Source of the DNA: Pseudomonadota bacterium
GTDB lineage: Bacteria; Myxococcota_A; UBA796; SXON01
Length of the DNA stretch: 64,000 nt
Assembly: GCA_030684355.1 (NCBI GenBank)
Contig: JAUXTN010000093.1
Coordinates: 22,894-86,893 of the forward strand
Direction: 5' to 3'
Shown: positions 26,467-36,276 of the stretch, one piece after another
Numbering within the stretch: the stretch's first letter is position 1
How the letters are laid out: each line of letters begins with the position of its first letter
Position numbers and translations under genes: made by a program
Notes under the pieces: model-generated
Database searches by the model: none
Seen by the model: only the letters and a program-made list of their open reading frames with translations
What the model was told of the DNA's origin: nothing

Positions 26467-28269
26467 ATGCTCCTGCTCGCGCTCTTCGCCTGCTCCGGCC
26501 CCGCCCCCACCGACGACACCGCCATCGCGGACGACGGCTGCGTCCACCCCCTGTGGGAGGGCGCGTGGCCCTTCCCGTCGAACCGCCTGGTGACCCGCGA
26601 CGCCGCGTCCCCCACCGGCGTGGCGCTCACCATCGACGAGTCGCTCGTGCCGCTCACGCGCAACGACGGCATCTCGCTCGACGTGGCCCACCTCGCCGAC
26701 CTCGACGGCTTCTCCCGCCTCGCCCCCGTGGTCGTCCAGCTCGACACCCCGGTCGACCCCGCGGCCTTCGGCGTCACCTCCGACGCCACCGCGCCCATCG
26801 GCATCCTCGACGTCGAGCAGGGCACGTTCGTGGCGGGCCGGCTCGCCGTCACGGCGGACGGCACCACGCTCACCGTGTGGCCCGACGTGGCGCTCCGCCC
26901 GGCCGCGCTCCACGCGATCGTGCTGCGGGCGGACCTCCCCACGAGCTCCTGCTTCTCCGCCGGCCCGGCGATCCTCGGCGCCGAGCAGGCCGGGGACGAG
27001 CTGGCCGACGAGATGGCCGCGGCCCACGCCGCGCTCGAGACCGCCGGGATCACGGACGTGGCCGCGGTGGTGCCGTTCACCACCCGCTCCGTCGAGAGCG
27101 AGTCGGTGACGATGACGGCGCTCGCGGGGCTCGTGCCCGGCCTCGTGGACAGCGACGACCTCGCGATCGACACCCTGACGGACTGCGCCCTCGCGAGCGA
27201 CGACTACTGCGGCGAGGGCGTGGCGTTCGTGGTGCGGGGCACGGCGACACTGCCGACGTGGCAGGGGGCGGACGGCACGTTCCAGGTGGACGCCGACGGC
27301 GTCCCCGCGCCCCAGGGCACCGAGGACGTCGCGTTCTGGCTCCTGGCGCCGGAGGTCGCGCGCACGGCCACCGCGCCGCTTCTCCTCCTCCAGCACGGGC
27401 TCGGCGGCTCCAAGGAGGACATGTCCTCGTTCGGGCAGCTCCTCGCCGCGGGCGGGCACGTGGTCGTCGCGATCGACGCGGTCGCCCACGGGGACCGCCC
27501 CCGCGACGGCGACACCACCATGGCCTTCTTCGGCATCGACTTCGCGCAGTGGCAGGTGGCGCGGGCGCGCGACAACGTCCGCCAGACCGCCGCGGACCAC
27601 CTCGCGTTGCGCACGATCCTCGCGGATCGGGTGGCCGGGGGCGGCTTCGACGGCCTCGGGTTCACCGTCGACGCCGAGGACGCGAGCTACGTCGGCCAGT
27701 CGCTCGGCGGCATCATCGGCTCCTCGACCTGCGCCGTCGACACGGGGATCGACCGCTGCGTGCTCAACGTGCCGGGTGGTCGGCTCATCGAGATCGTGCG
27801 GGCGAACGCCGCCTACGCGGCGCTGATGAACATCTACTTCGACCACACCGACGACGCCGCGGACATCGAGCTCTTCAGCGCCATGGGCCAGATCGTCGTG
27901 GACCCCGGCGATCCCGCCCTCGTCGCGCCCCGCATCCTCTCGGTGGCGCCCGCGCGCCCCGTGCTCGTGCAGGAGGCCATCCACGACGAGACGGTCGTGA
28001 ACCAGACGACGGAGGTGATGGTGCGCTCGATGGGGATCCCGCTCCTCGACCCGTCGCTCGAAGAGATCGCCGGGCTCTCGCACGTGGATCTGCCCGTCAC
28101 GGACAACGTCGCCGGGGCGGACGGCGCGATGGTGACGGCCGGCGTGGCCCAGTTCGACGAGGAGCACGCGTTCCTGCCGTGGGGCGGCAGCGAAGGGGCG
28201 CGGGGGCTGCGCCAGGTCCTGACGTTCCTGGAGACCGGGCGGATCGAGTCGGGCGAGACCGGCGAATAA
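26467..28269 (+). CDS. secreted alpha/beta hydrolase lipoprotein (lipase/esterase-like)
   Basis: MLLLALFAC lipobox, LLLLQHGLGGSKED, nucleophile elbow YVGQSLGG. Confidence 0.8.
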   Translation: MLLLALFACSGPAPTDDTAIADDGCVHPLWEGAWPFPSNRLVTRDAASPTGVALTIDESLVPLTRNDGISLDVAHLADLDGFSRLAPVVVQLDTPVDPAAFGVTSDATAPIGILDVEQGTFVAGRLAVTADGTTLTVWPDVALRPAALHAIVLRADLPTSSCFSAGPAILGAEQAGDELADEMAAAHAALETAGITDVAAVVPFTTRSVESESVTMTALAGLVPGLVDSDDLAIDTLTDCALASDDYCGEGVAFVVRGTATLPTWQGADGTFQVDADGVPAPQGTEDVAFWLLAPEVARTATAPLLLLQHGLGGSKEDMSSFGQLLAAGGHVVVAIDAVAHGDRPRDGDTTMAFFGIDFAQWQVARARDNVRQTAADHLALRTILADRVAGGGFDGLGFTVDAEDASYVGQSLGGIIGSSTCAVDTGIDRCVLNVPGGRLIEIVRANAAYAALMNIYFDHTDDAADIELFSAMGQIVVDPGDPALVAPRILSVAPARPVLVQEAIHDETVVNQTTEVMVRSMGIPLLDPSLEEIAGLSHVDLPVTDNVAGADGAMVTAGVAQFDEEHAFLPWGGSEGARGLRQVLTFLETGRIESGETGE

Positions 28270-28292
28270 GGGCCGGGCGCGCGTCCGCATCG

Positions 28293-28315
28293 GGCGTCGC
28301 GGCGGCGGCGACGCC
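28293..28315 (+). terminator. stem-loop downstream of the hydrolase gene
   Basis: GGCGTCGC-ggcggcg-GCGACGCC followed by ATTTC, 24 nt after the stop. Confidence 0.35.
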
Positions 28316-28393
28316 ATTTCACCACGCTTAGCAACGGGGGGCCCGGTTGGGCAGCATGCGGTCCAGGCCGCTACAGTAGGCGTACGGGGAACT

Positions 28394-29659
28394 GTGAAGA
28401 TGATCTTGCTCCTGGCCGCTGCCGCCCTCGCGGATCCCACGTTCACCGACCTGGGGCTCCTCGTCACCGCGCCGGCCGAGGGTCCGTTCGCCGGCGGGGT
28501 GAACGCGCCGACCGTCGCCTGGACCGGCACGCAGTACGTGATGTACTTCGAGTCTCCCGCGCTCGCGGCGGACGTCCCGTCGGACTGCGCCAACAGCTAC
28601 TCGATCGGCCGGGCGACCTCCCCGGACGGCCTCGCCTGGACCGTCGACGCCGCGCCCGTGCTCGCCCCGGATCGCGCCGACCCCGTGAGCCTCTACTCGT
28701 GCTCCGTGGCGTCCCCCGGGGTCGTCTACGCGGACGGCGTCTACCACCTCTTCTTCGCGATGGGGGACGAGCGCCAGGACAGCGGCAGCGCCATCAACCG
28801 CGCTGCCGGCATCGCCTACGCCACCAGCACGGACGGCGTGACGTTCGCCGTCCAGCAGGCGCCGACCCCCATCGGCGACTACGAGGACGGCATCCCGACG
28901 GGGGAGTGGCACGAGCCGGATGGCGGCGGGAGCAGCACGTCCGTCGGCATGCCGACCGTGACGCTCATCAACGACACGCTCTACCTGCTCTACCTCTCCA
29001 GCACGAGCATGTACGGCGCGAAGTACGACCTCGCGTCGAGCACGTGGAGCCTCTGGGACGACGCCGTCTCCACCGGCTGGCTCGGCACCGACTGGGCCGC
29101 GTACGGCGTCTACTCGCCCGCGCTCTACTGCTCCGACGACGAGACGCTCACCGCCCTGGTCGGCGGCTACACCGACGCCTCCTACGTCTCCCGCGGCGTC
29201 GGTGTGGCGACCTCTCCCGATCTCGTCGACTGGACCGTCGGCGCCGCGCTCGCGGCGGACTCCGTGCCCTTCGACACCATCAACCACGTCGAGGTGCTGC
29301 CCGCGGGCGCGGACCTCCTCCTGTTCTACGGCATGACGGACACCGAGAGCGGCAAGAAGGCCATCGGGATGGGCACGACGTCGACCTCGTGGGGCACCCC
29401 CGACGGGCGCGCGTGCGAGTGGGAGATCCCGGTCGACACGGGCGGCGGCGACACGGACACCGACACGGATGCCGACACCGACACCGACACGGATCCCGAC
29501 ACCGACACCGACACGGCGGAGCCCGATACCGCCTGGGACACGGGCGAGGACGTCCCGGACATGATCTGCGCCTGCACGACCGGCGGCGGGGGCGCTGGCA
29601 CCGGCGTGCTGGCGATCGCGCTGGGCGCGCTCGCGTTGGGGCGGCGTCGGCGGGGGTAG
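28394..29659 (+). CDS. secreted beta-propeller glycoside-hydrolase-like protein with DT linker and MYXO-CTERM-like sorting tail
   Basis: Signal peptide MKMILLLAAAALA. Repeated propeller-like blocks (YVMYFES, GRATSPDGLAWT, VYHLFFAMGD, AYATSTDGVTF). The C-terminus ICACTTGGGGAGTGVLAIALGALALGRRRRG has the order Cys pair, Gly-rich stretch, TM, Arg cluster. Confidence 0.8.
   Translation: MKMILLLAAAALADPTFTDLGLLVTAPAEGPFAGGVNAPTVAWTGTQYVMYFESPALAADVPSDCANSYSIGRATSPDGLAWTVDAAPVLAPDRADPVSLYSCSVASPGVVYADGVYHLFFAMGDERQDSGSAINRAAGIAYATSTDGVTFAVQQAPTPIGDYEDGIPTGEWHEPDGGGSSTSVGMPTVTLINDTLYLLYLSSTSMYGAKYDLASSTWSLWDDAVSTGWLGTDWAAYGVYSPALYCSDDETLTALVGGYTDASYVSRGVGVATSPDLVDWTVGAALAADSVPFDTINHVEVLPAGADLLLFYGMTDTESGKKAIGMGTTSTSWGTPDGRACEWEIPVDTGGGDTDTDTDADTDTDTDPDTDTDTAEPDTAWDTGEDVPDMICACTTGGGGAGTGVLAIALGALALGRRRRG
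29450..29515 (+). repeat. coding (GAC-ACN)n repeat encoding DTDTDTDADTDTDTDPDTDTDT linker
   Basis: Codons 353-374 of the 28394..29659 gene. Confidence 0.8.
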
Positions 29660-29692
29660 CCAGGCCGGCTAGCGCACGGCGTGGCGATCGTC
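29656..29692 (+). repeat. 37-nt hairpin-forming repeat, copy 2 (33/37 to copy 1)
   Basis: GTAGCCAGGCCGGCTAGCGCACGGCGTGGCGATCGTC. The TAG at 29657-29659 is the stop codon of the upstream gene. Confidence 0.85.
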
Positions 29693-29729
29693 GTCGAGTC
29701 GGCGCCCCCCCGGCGGGCGCCGCGCTCCG

Positions 29730-31127
29730 TCACATGTGCGCGCTCTTCCCCAGCGCGACGGCCACGGCCTCGTACATCGTCTCGCCCATCGTCGGGTGGG
29801 CGAACACGGTGTGGAGGATGCCTTCGGCGGTCATTTCGGCGGCGCGGGCCATCACGAAGGTCGAGAGGAGCTCGCTCGCGTCGTGGCCGATGATGTGCGC
29901 GCCGAGGATCTCGCCGTACTTCTTGTCGACGAGCACCTTCACGAAGCCCTCGGTGTGGCCGGTGCCGCGCGCCTTGCCGTTCGCGGAGAAGGGGAAGCTC
30001 CCGACGCTGAAGTCGAGCCCCTTCGCCTTGGCGGCCTCCTCGGTCAGGCCGACGCTGGCGATCTGCGGCTGGCAGTATGTCGCGGCGGGCATGTTGCCGT
30101 AGTCGACGTCGGGGCTGTGCTTGCCGGCGATGCGGTCGATGCACGTGTGGGCCTCGGCGTACGCCGTGTGCGCCAACGCGGGACCGCCGCACACGTCGCC
30201 GATGGCGTAGAAGCCCGCGACGCTCGTGCGATACGACGAGTCGTGCTGGATGAAGCCCTTCTCCAACGCGATGCCGACCTTCTCCAGGCCGATGCCCTCG
30301 GTGTTCGGCGCGATGCCGATCGCCACGAGGCACACCTCGGCCTTCAACGTGCGGCCGTCCTGGAGGGTGACGACCACGCCGTCTCCCTCGCGGGTGACGC
30401 TCTTGCAGAAGGTCCCGATCTCGGTCTTGATGCCGAGCTTCTTGTAGGCCTTCGCCAATTCGGCGGAGACCTCCGCGTCCTCCAGCGGGCAGAGGCGCCC
30501 GGCGCCCTCGACCACGGTGACGTCGGTGCCGAACGCGTTCCAGAAGTAGGCGAACTCCAGGCCGATCGCGCCGGAGCCCAGCACGATCGCGGACTTCGCC
30601 TGGGTCGGGCTGGCGATGGCCTCGCGGTAGGTGAGGATCTTCTCGCCGTCCGGCTCGATGCCCGGGAAGGTGCGCGCGCGCGCCCCCGTCGCGATGATGA
30701 TGTGCTTCGCCTCGTGGACCTCTTCGCCGTCCTTGGTCTTGACCCGCACCTGGTTCATCCCGGGAGCACCGGGCCCGTCGATCGTGGCGGTGCCGGCGAT
30801 CGAGGTGACGCCGTACTTCTGGAAGAGGAACTTCACGCCGCGCTCGGACTGGTCCGCCACGCGGCGCGAACGCTTCACGACGGCCGCGTAGTCGTGGCGC
30901 GGGTTGTCCGCGGCGAGGCCGAAGGCGGCCGTCTCGTTCTTGAGGAACAGGTAGTGCTCGGCCGCCTTCAGGAGCGCCTTCGACGGGATGCAGCCCCAGT
31001 TGAGGCAGACCCCGCCGAGCTTCTCCTTCTCGATGCACGCGGCCTTCAGCCCGAGCTGCTGGGCGCGGATGGCCGCGACGTAGCCGCCGGGGCCGGAGCC
31101 GATCACCAGGACGTCGAAGCTCGCCAT
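29730..31127 (-). CDS. lpdA: dihydrolipoyl dehydrogenase (E3)
   Basis: MASFDVLVIGSGPGGYVAAIRA, redox-active GGVCLNWGCIPSK, and HAHPT-type C-terminus (FAHPTMGE). 465 aa. TGATG coupling to E2. Confidence 0.95.
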   Translation of the reverse strand: MASFDVLVIGSGPGGYVAAIRAQQLGLKAACIEKEKLGGVCLNWGCIPSKALLKAAEHYLFLKNETAAFGLAADNPRHDYAAVVKRSRRVADQSERGVKFLFQKYGVTSIAGTATIDGPGAPGMNQVRVKTKDGEEVHEAKHIIIATGARARTFPGIEPDGEKILTYREAIASPTQAKSAIVLGSGAIGLEFAYFWNAFGTDVTVVEGAGRLCPLEDAEVSAELAKAYKKLGIKTEIGTFCKSVTREGDGVVVTLQDGRTLKAEVCLVAIGIAPNTEGIGLEKVGIALEKGFIQHDSSYRTSVAGFYAIGDVCGGPALAHTAYAEAHTCIDRIAGKHSPDVDYGNMPAATYCQPQIASVGLTEEAAKAKGLDFSVGSFPFSANGKARGTGHTEGFVKVLVDKKYGEILGAHIIGHDASELLSTFVMARAAEMTAEGILHTVFAHPTMGETMYEAVAVALGKSAHM

Positions 31128-32536
31128 CAGAGCACCAGCAGCGCGGGCAGCTCGACGTAGCCGCGGAGCGCCTGGAGGAAGCGGGCGCCGAGCGCGCCGT
31201 CGATGACGCGGTGGTCGCACGTCATCGTGACCTTCATGCGCCAGCCCACGGAGAGCGTGCCGTCCTCCACCACCGGGACCTGCTGCACGCTCCCGACGGC
31301 GAGGATGCCGGCCTCGGGGGGGTTCAGGATCGCGGTGAAGTGGTCGATGTCGAACATGCCGAGGTTCGAGATGGAGAAGCTGCCGCCGGTGTACTCCTCG
31401 GCCGCGAGCTTGCCCTCCTTGGCGCGGCCCGCCAGCTCGCGGACCTCCGCGGCGATGGCGCGGACACCCTTCTTGTCGGCGTCCCGGATGACGGGCGTGA
31501 TGAGCCCCTCGGGGAGCGCGACGGCCACGCCGAGATCGACGCTGCCGCGGCGCACGATGTGGTCGCCCTGCCACGCGGCGTTGCACTCCGGCACGTCGAC
31601 GAGCGCCTGGGCGACGGCGCGGAGCACGAGGTCGTTGTAGCTGACCTTGATGCCGCGCTTGCCCGCCTGCTCCTTCAACGCCACGAGCCCCGCGGCGTCG
31701 AACGTGACGGTCAGGTAGAACACCGGCACCGACTGGTGCACCTCGGTGAGGCGGCGCGCGATCGTCTTGCGCATCTGGGTGGCGCGGACGCTCACGTCCT
31801 CGCGACGCCCGACGGTGACCCCCCCGCCGGTCGGCTGGGGGGCCGCGGCGGCGGCCTCGATGTCGGCGGCCACGATGCGCCCGCCGGGGCCGGAGCCCTT
31901 GACCTTCGCGAGCGTCACGCCCTTGTCGGCGGCCATGGCCTTCGCGAGCGGGCTCGCGACGACGCGGGGGCCGGCGGGGACGTACGCCCCGAGGGGCTCC
32001 ATGATGGCGTCGGGGATGGGGTTCCCCATCCAGGCGAGCGTCGGGACCACGCCGGGCTTCGTCGCGGCCGCCTGGGGCGAGGGAGCGGCGGGGGCGGCCG
32101 GGGTGACCGGCCTGGCGTCCTCCTTCTGGGGGGGCGCGATCTCGGGGAGCTTCGTCTCGGCGGCGGCCGGCTGCTCGGACTCGCGGGGGCCGCCCCCGAC
32201 GGTCGGGGCGGCGGCGGGCGCGGCGGCGGGGGCCGGGGCGGCGGCGCCCGACTTGCCCTTCTCGTACTCGGCCAGGAGCGCGGCGATGTCCTCGCCCTTG
32301 CTCTTGCCGATGATGGCGATGGGCGCGCCCGGGGGCACCTCCTCGCCTTCCTTGGCGAGGTGCTTGAGCATCACGCCCTTGTCGAAGACCTCGATGTCCA
32401 TCGTCGCCTTGTCGGTCTCGACCTGGGCGATGACGCTCTGGGGGGACAGGTCCGCGCCCTCCGGGGCCACCCACTTGGCGATGACGCCCGTGGTCATGGT
32501 CGGAGAAGCCTGCGGCATCACGAAGAATTCGGCCAT
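31127..32536 (-). CDS. pdhC: pyruvate dehydrogenase complex dihydrolipoamide acetyltransferase (E2)
   Basis: Lipoyl domain ETDKATMDIE, Ala/Pro linker, and catalytic DHRVIDGA motif near the C-terminus. Confidence 0.92.
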   Translation of the reverse strand: MAEFFVMPQASPTMTTGVIAKWVAPEGADLSPQSVIAQVETDKATMDIEVFDKGVMLKHLAKEGEEVPPGAPIAIIGKSKGEDIAALLAEYEKGKSGAAAPAPAAAPAAAPTVGGGPRESEQPAAAETKLPEIAPPQKEDARPVTPAAPAAPSPQAAATKPGVVPTLAWMGNPIPDAIMEPLGAYVPAGPRVVASPLAKAMAADKGVTLAKVKGSGPGGRIVAADIEAAAAAPQPTGGGVTVGRREDVSVRATQMRKTIARRLTEVHQSVPVFYLTVTFDAAGLVALKEQAGKRGIKVSYNDLVLRAVAQALVDVPECNAAWQGDHIVRRGSVDLGVAVALPEGLITPVIRDADKKGVRAIAAEVRELAGRAKEGKLAAEEYTGGSFSISNLGMFDIDHFTAILNPPEAGILAVGSVQQVPVVEDGTLSVGWRMKVTMTCDHRVIDGALGARFLQALRGYVELPALLVL

Positions 32537-33556
<1,020 letters not shown>

Positions 33557-33557
33557 C

Positions 33558-34640
<1,083 letters not shown>

Positions 34641-34792
34641 ACGAGGCGGCAGCCCCGCGGGTGGGCCGGGAAGCTAACAAGAATTCGGGGGCCCCGGGCG
34701 CCTGGGGGAGCGCCCGCTCTCACGACGCGAGGGCCACCGCACCCCACGCCTCGCGGCCCGTCCGGGTTATGCGGTCGCCGGAGGGAATAGTG

Positions 34793-35176
34793 ATGTCCGA
34801 AGCGACGACGCGGGGCATCCGCGTCGAGGTTCGTCCCGACTACCTGGAGCACCAGTCCGACCCGCGCAGCGGGCTCTGGATGTTCGCGTACCACGTGCGA
34901 ATCCAGAACGACGGAGCGGACACCGTCCAGCTCGTGAGCCGGCACTGGATCATCACGGACGCGACCGGTCGCGTCGAAGAGGTCCGTGGGCCCGGCGTGG
35001 TCGGCGAGCAGCCCGTGTTGAAGCCCGGGCAGAGCTTCGACTACACGAGCGGCTGCCCGCTCCCGACGCCGATGGGCACGATGCACGGGGCCTACCAGAT
35101 GGTGACGCAGAAGGGCGAGCGGTTCGACGCCGAGATCGCGCCCTTCACGCTCGCCGAGCCGTACACGGTGAATTGA
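34793..35176 (+). CDS. apaG: ApaG (DUF525) protein
   Basis: IRVEVRPDYLEHQSDPRSGLWMFAYHVRIQNDG, HWIITDATGRVEEVRGPGVVGEQPVLKPG. GGAGGGA lies 7 nt upstream of the ATG. Confidence 0.9.
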   Translation: MSEATTRGIRVEVRPDYLEHQSDPRSGLWMFAYHVRIQNDGADTVQLVSRHWIITDATGRVEEVRGPGVVGEQPVLKPGQSFDYTSGCPLPTPMGTMHGAYQMVTQKGERFDAEIAPFTLAEPYTVN

Positions 35177-35517
35177 TGGGCGCCGACGATCCCGCGCTCC
35201 TGGAGCGCATCGAGGGCCTGGAGGAGATCGTCGCGGACGATCCCGAGGACTTCACCGCGCGCTTCATGCTCGCGACGGAGCTGGCCAAGGCGGGGCGGCA
35301 CGCGCAGGCGATCCCGCACTTCCAGCAGGTGATCGACGCCGACGCCGACTACACCGCCGCCTACCGCGGCCTGGGTCGGGCGCTGGTGGCCGAGGGCGAC
35401 ACCGACGGCGCGCGCGGCGTGTTCGAGCGCGGGCTCGTGGTGGCCGACCGTACCGGGGACTACCAGTCGGGGAAGGAGATGGAGGTCTTCCTCCGCCGCT
35501 ACACGACGGGGGAGTGA
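35176..35517 (+). CDS. small tetratricopeptide-repeat protein
   Basis: TPR-like helices (ARFMLATELAKAGRHAQAIPHFQQVIDADADYTAAYRGLGRAL). The ATG shares one base with the apaG TGA. Confidence 0.7.
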   Translation: MGADDPALLERIEGLEEIVADDPEDFTARFMLATELAKAGRHAQAIPHFQQVIDADADYTAAYRGLGRALVAEGDTDGARGVFERGLVVADRTGDYQSGKEMEVFLRRYTTGE

Positions 35518-35621
35518 ACGGCGGGGCCGTGCTGGTCGACGTTCCCGGGCCCGCCGCGCGCCGAGTGCCCGGTGCGCGGCCGGTGTGAACGACATAGACG
35601 GCGCCCGTCCAGAGGATCCCA

Positions 35622-36059
35622 ATGGCCGACCGCGAACCGCCCGACGAGCCTGATGATCGCCCCGCGAGCGCGGGGGCCGCGGACCGTCCGAACGATCGGG
35701 GCGGCCGCTTCCGCCGGCTCGGGCGCCGCATCATGGGGGACGCCGAGGGCGAGGGGCAGACCCGCGAGGGTCGCACCATCCTGGGGGACGCCAAGGAGGT
35801 CTTCGGCGCGGTGCTCGAGGGCGGTGACAAGGCCAAGTCCGAGGTGGTCCGCGCGGTGGCGCGCGAGGTGCGCAACTACCTGGAAGAGCTCGGCCTCAAG
35901 GACGACCTGAAGAACCTCGCCACCAACTACTCCCTCGAGCTGCACGCGAGCGTGAACCTCCGGCGCCTCGCGGAGAGCGAGAAGGCGCCCCGGGAGGAGA
36001 AGCGGGACGACAAGGCGGCGGCCAGGGACGAGAAGGGGCGGTCGGAGAAGGGCGAGTAG
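35622..36059 (+). CDS. hypothetical charged protein
   Basis: 145-aa ORF with a coherent helical central region (EVVRAVAREVRNYLEELGLKDDLKNLATNYSLEL). No family recognised. Confidence 0.55.
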   Translation: MADREPPDEPDDRPASAGAADRPNDRGGRFRRLGRRIMGDAEGEGQTREGRTILGDAKEVFGAVLEGGDKAKSEVVRAVAREVRNYLEELGLKDDLKNLATNYSLELHASVNLRRLAESEKAPREEKRDDKAAARDEKGRSEKGE

Positions 36060-36156
36060 AGCGCCTCGCACCACCGGTCCAGCGGCTACCGCGCCGAGCG
36101 GCTAGCCGATCTTCCTGGCGGGTTACCAAACCCGGCAAGAAGACTCGCGATCCGGA

Positions 36157-36231
36157 GGCGGCTCCGTTTCGAGTGCCTCCATGTTTGCGCTGGGCGCAAG
36201 CATGGAGGCGCGAAGTAAACGGAGCTTCGCC
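36157..36231. other. 75-nt extended hairpin (candidate bidirectional terminator or structured small RNA)
   Basis: The inner 15-bp stem pairs 36176-36190 with 36194-36208 (one G-U, loop TGG). The outer 9-bp stem is GCTCCGTTT/AAACGGAGC (36161-36169 with 36217-36225). A further 4 bp close at 36157-36160 with 36228-36231. Confidence 0.6.
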
Positions 36232-36239
36232 GACTAAAT

Positions 36240-36276
36240 AACGATAGACAGGCCGTGCGCTAGCCGGCCTGGCTAC
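36240..36276 (-). repeat. 37-nt hairpin-forming repeat, copy 3 (inverted, 37/37 to copy 1)
   Basis: The reverse complement equals GTAGCCAGGCCGGCTAGCGCACGGCCTGTCTATCGTT. Its TAG (36273-36275 on the minus strand) is the stop codon of the CotH-like gene. Confidence 0.9.

Noticed and set aside
29450-29515. Short tandem repeats considered as a possible CRISPR-like or other non-coding array
   Set aside because: The 6-nt periodic units lie inside ORFs, in frame, encoding DT linkers. There is no spacer/repeat architecture and there are no cas genes.
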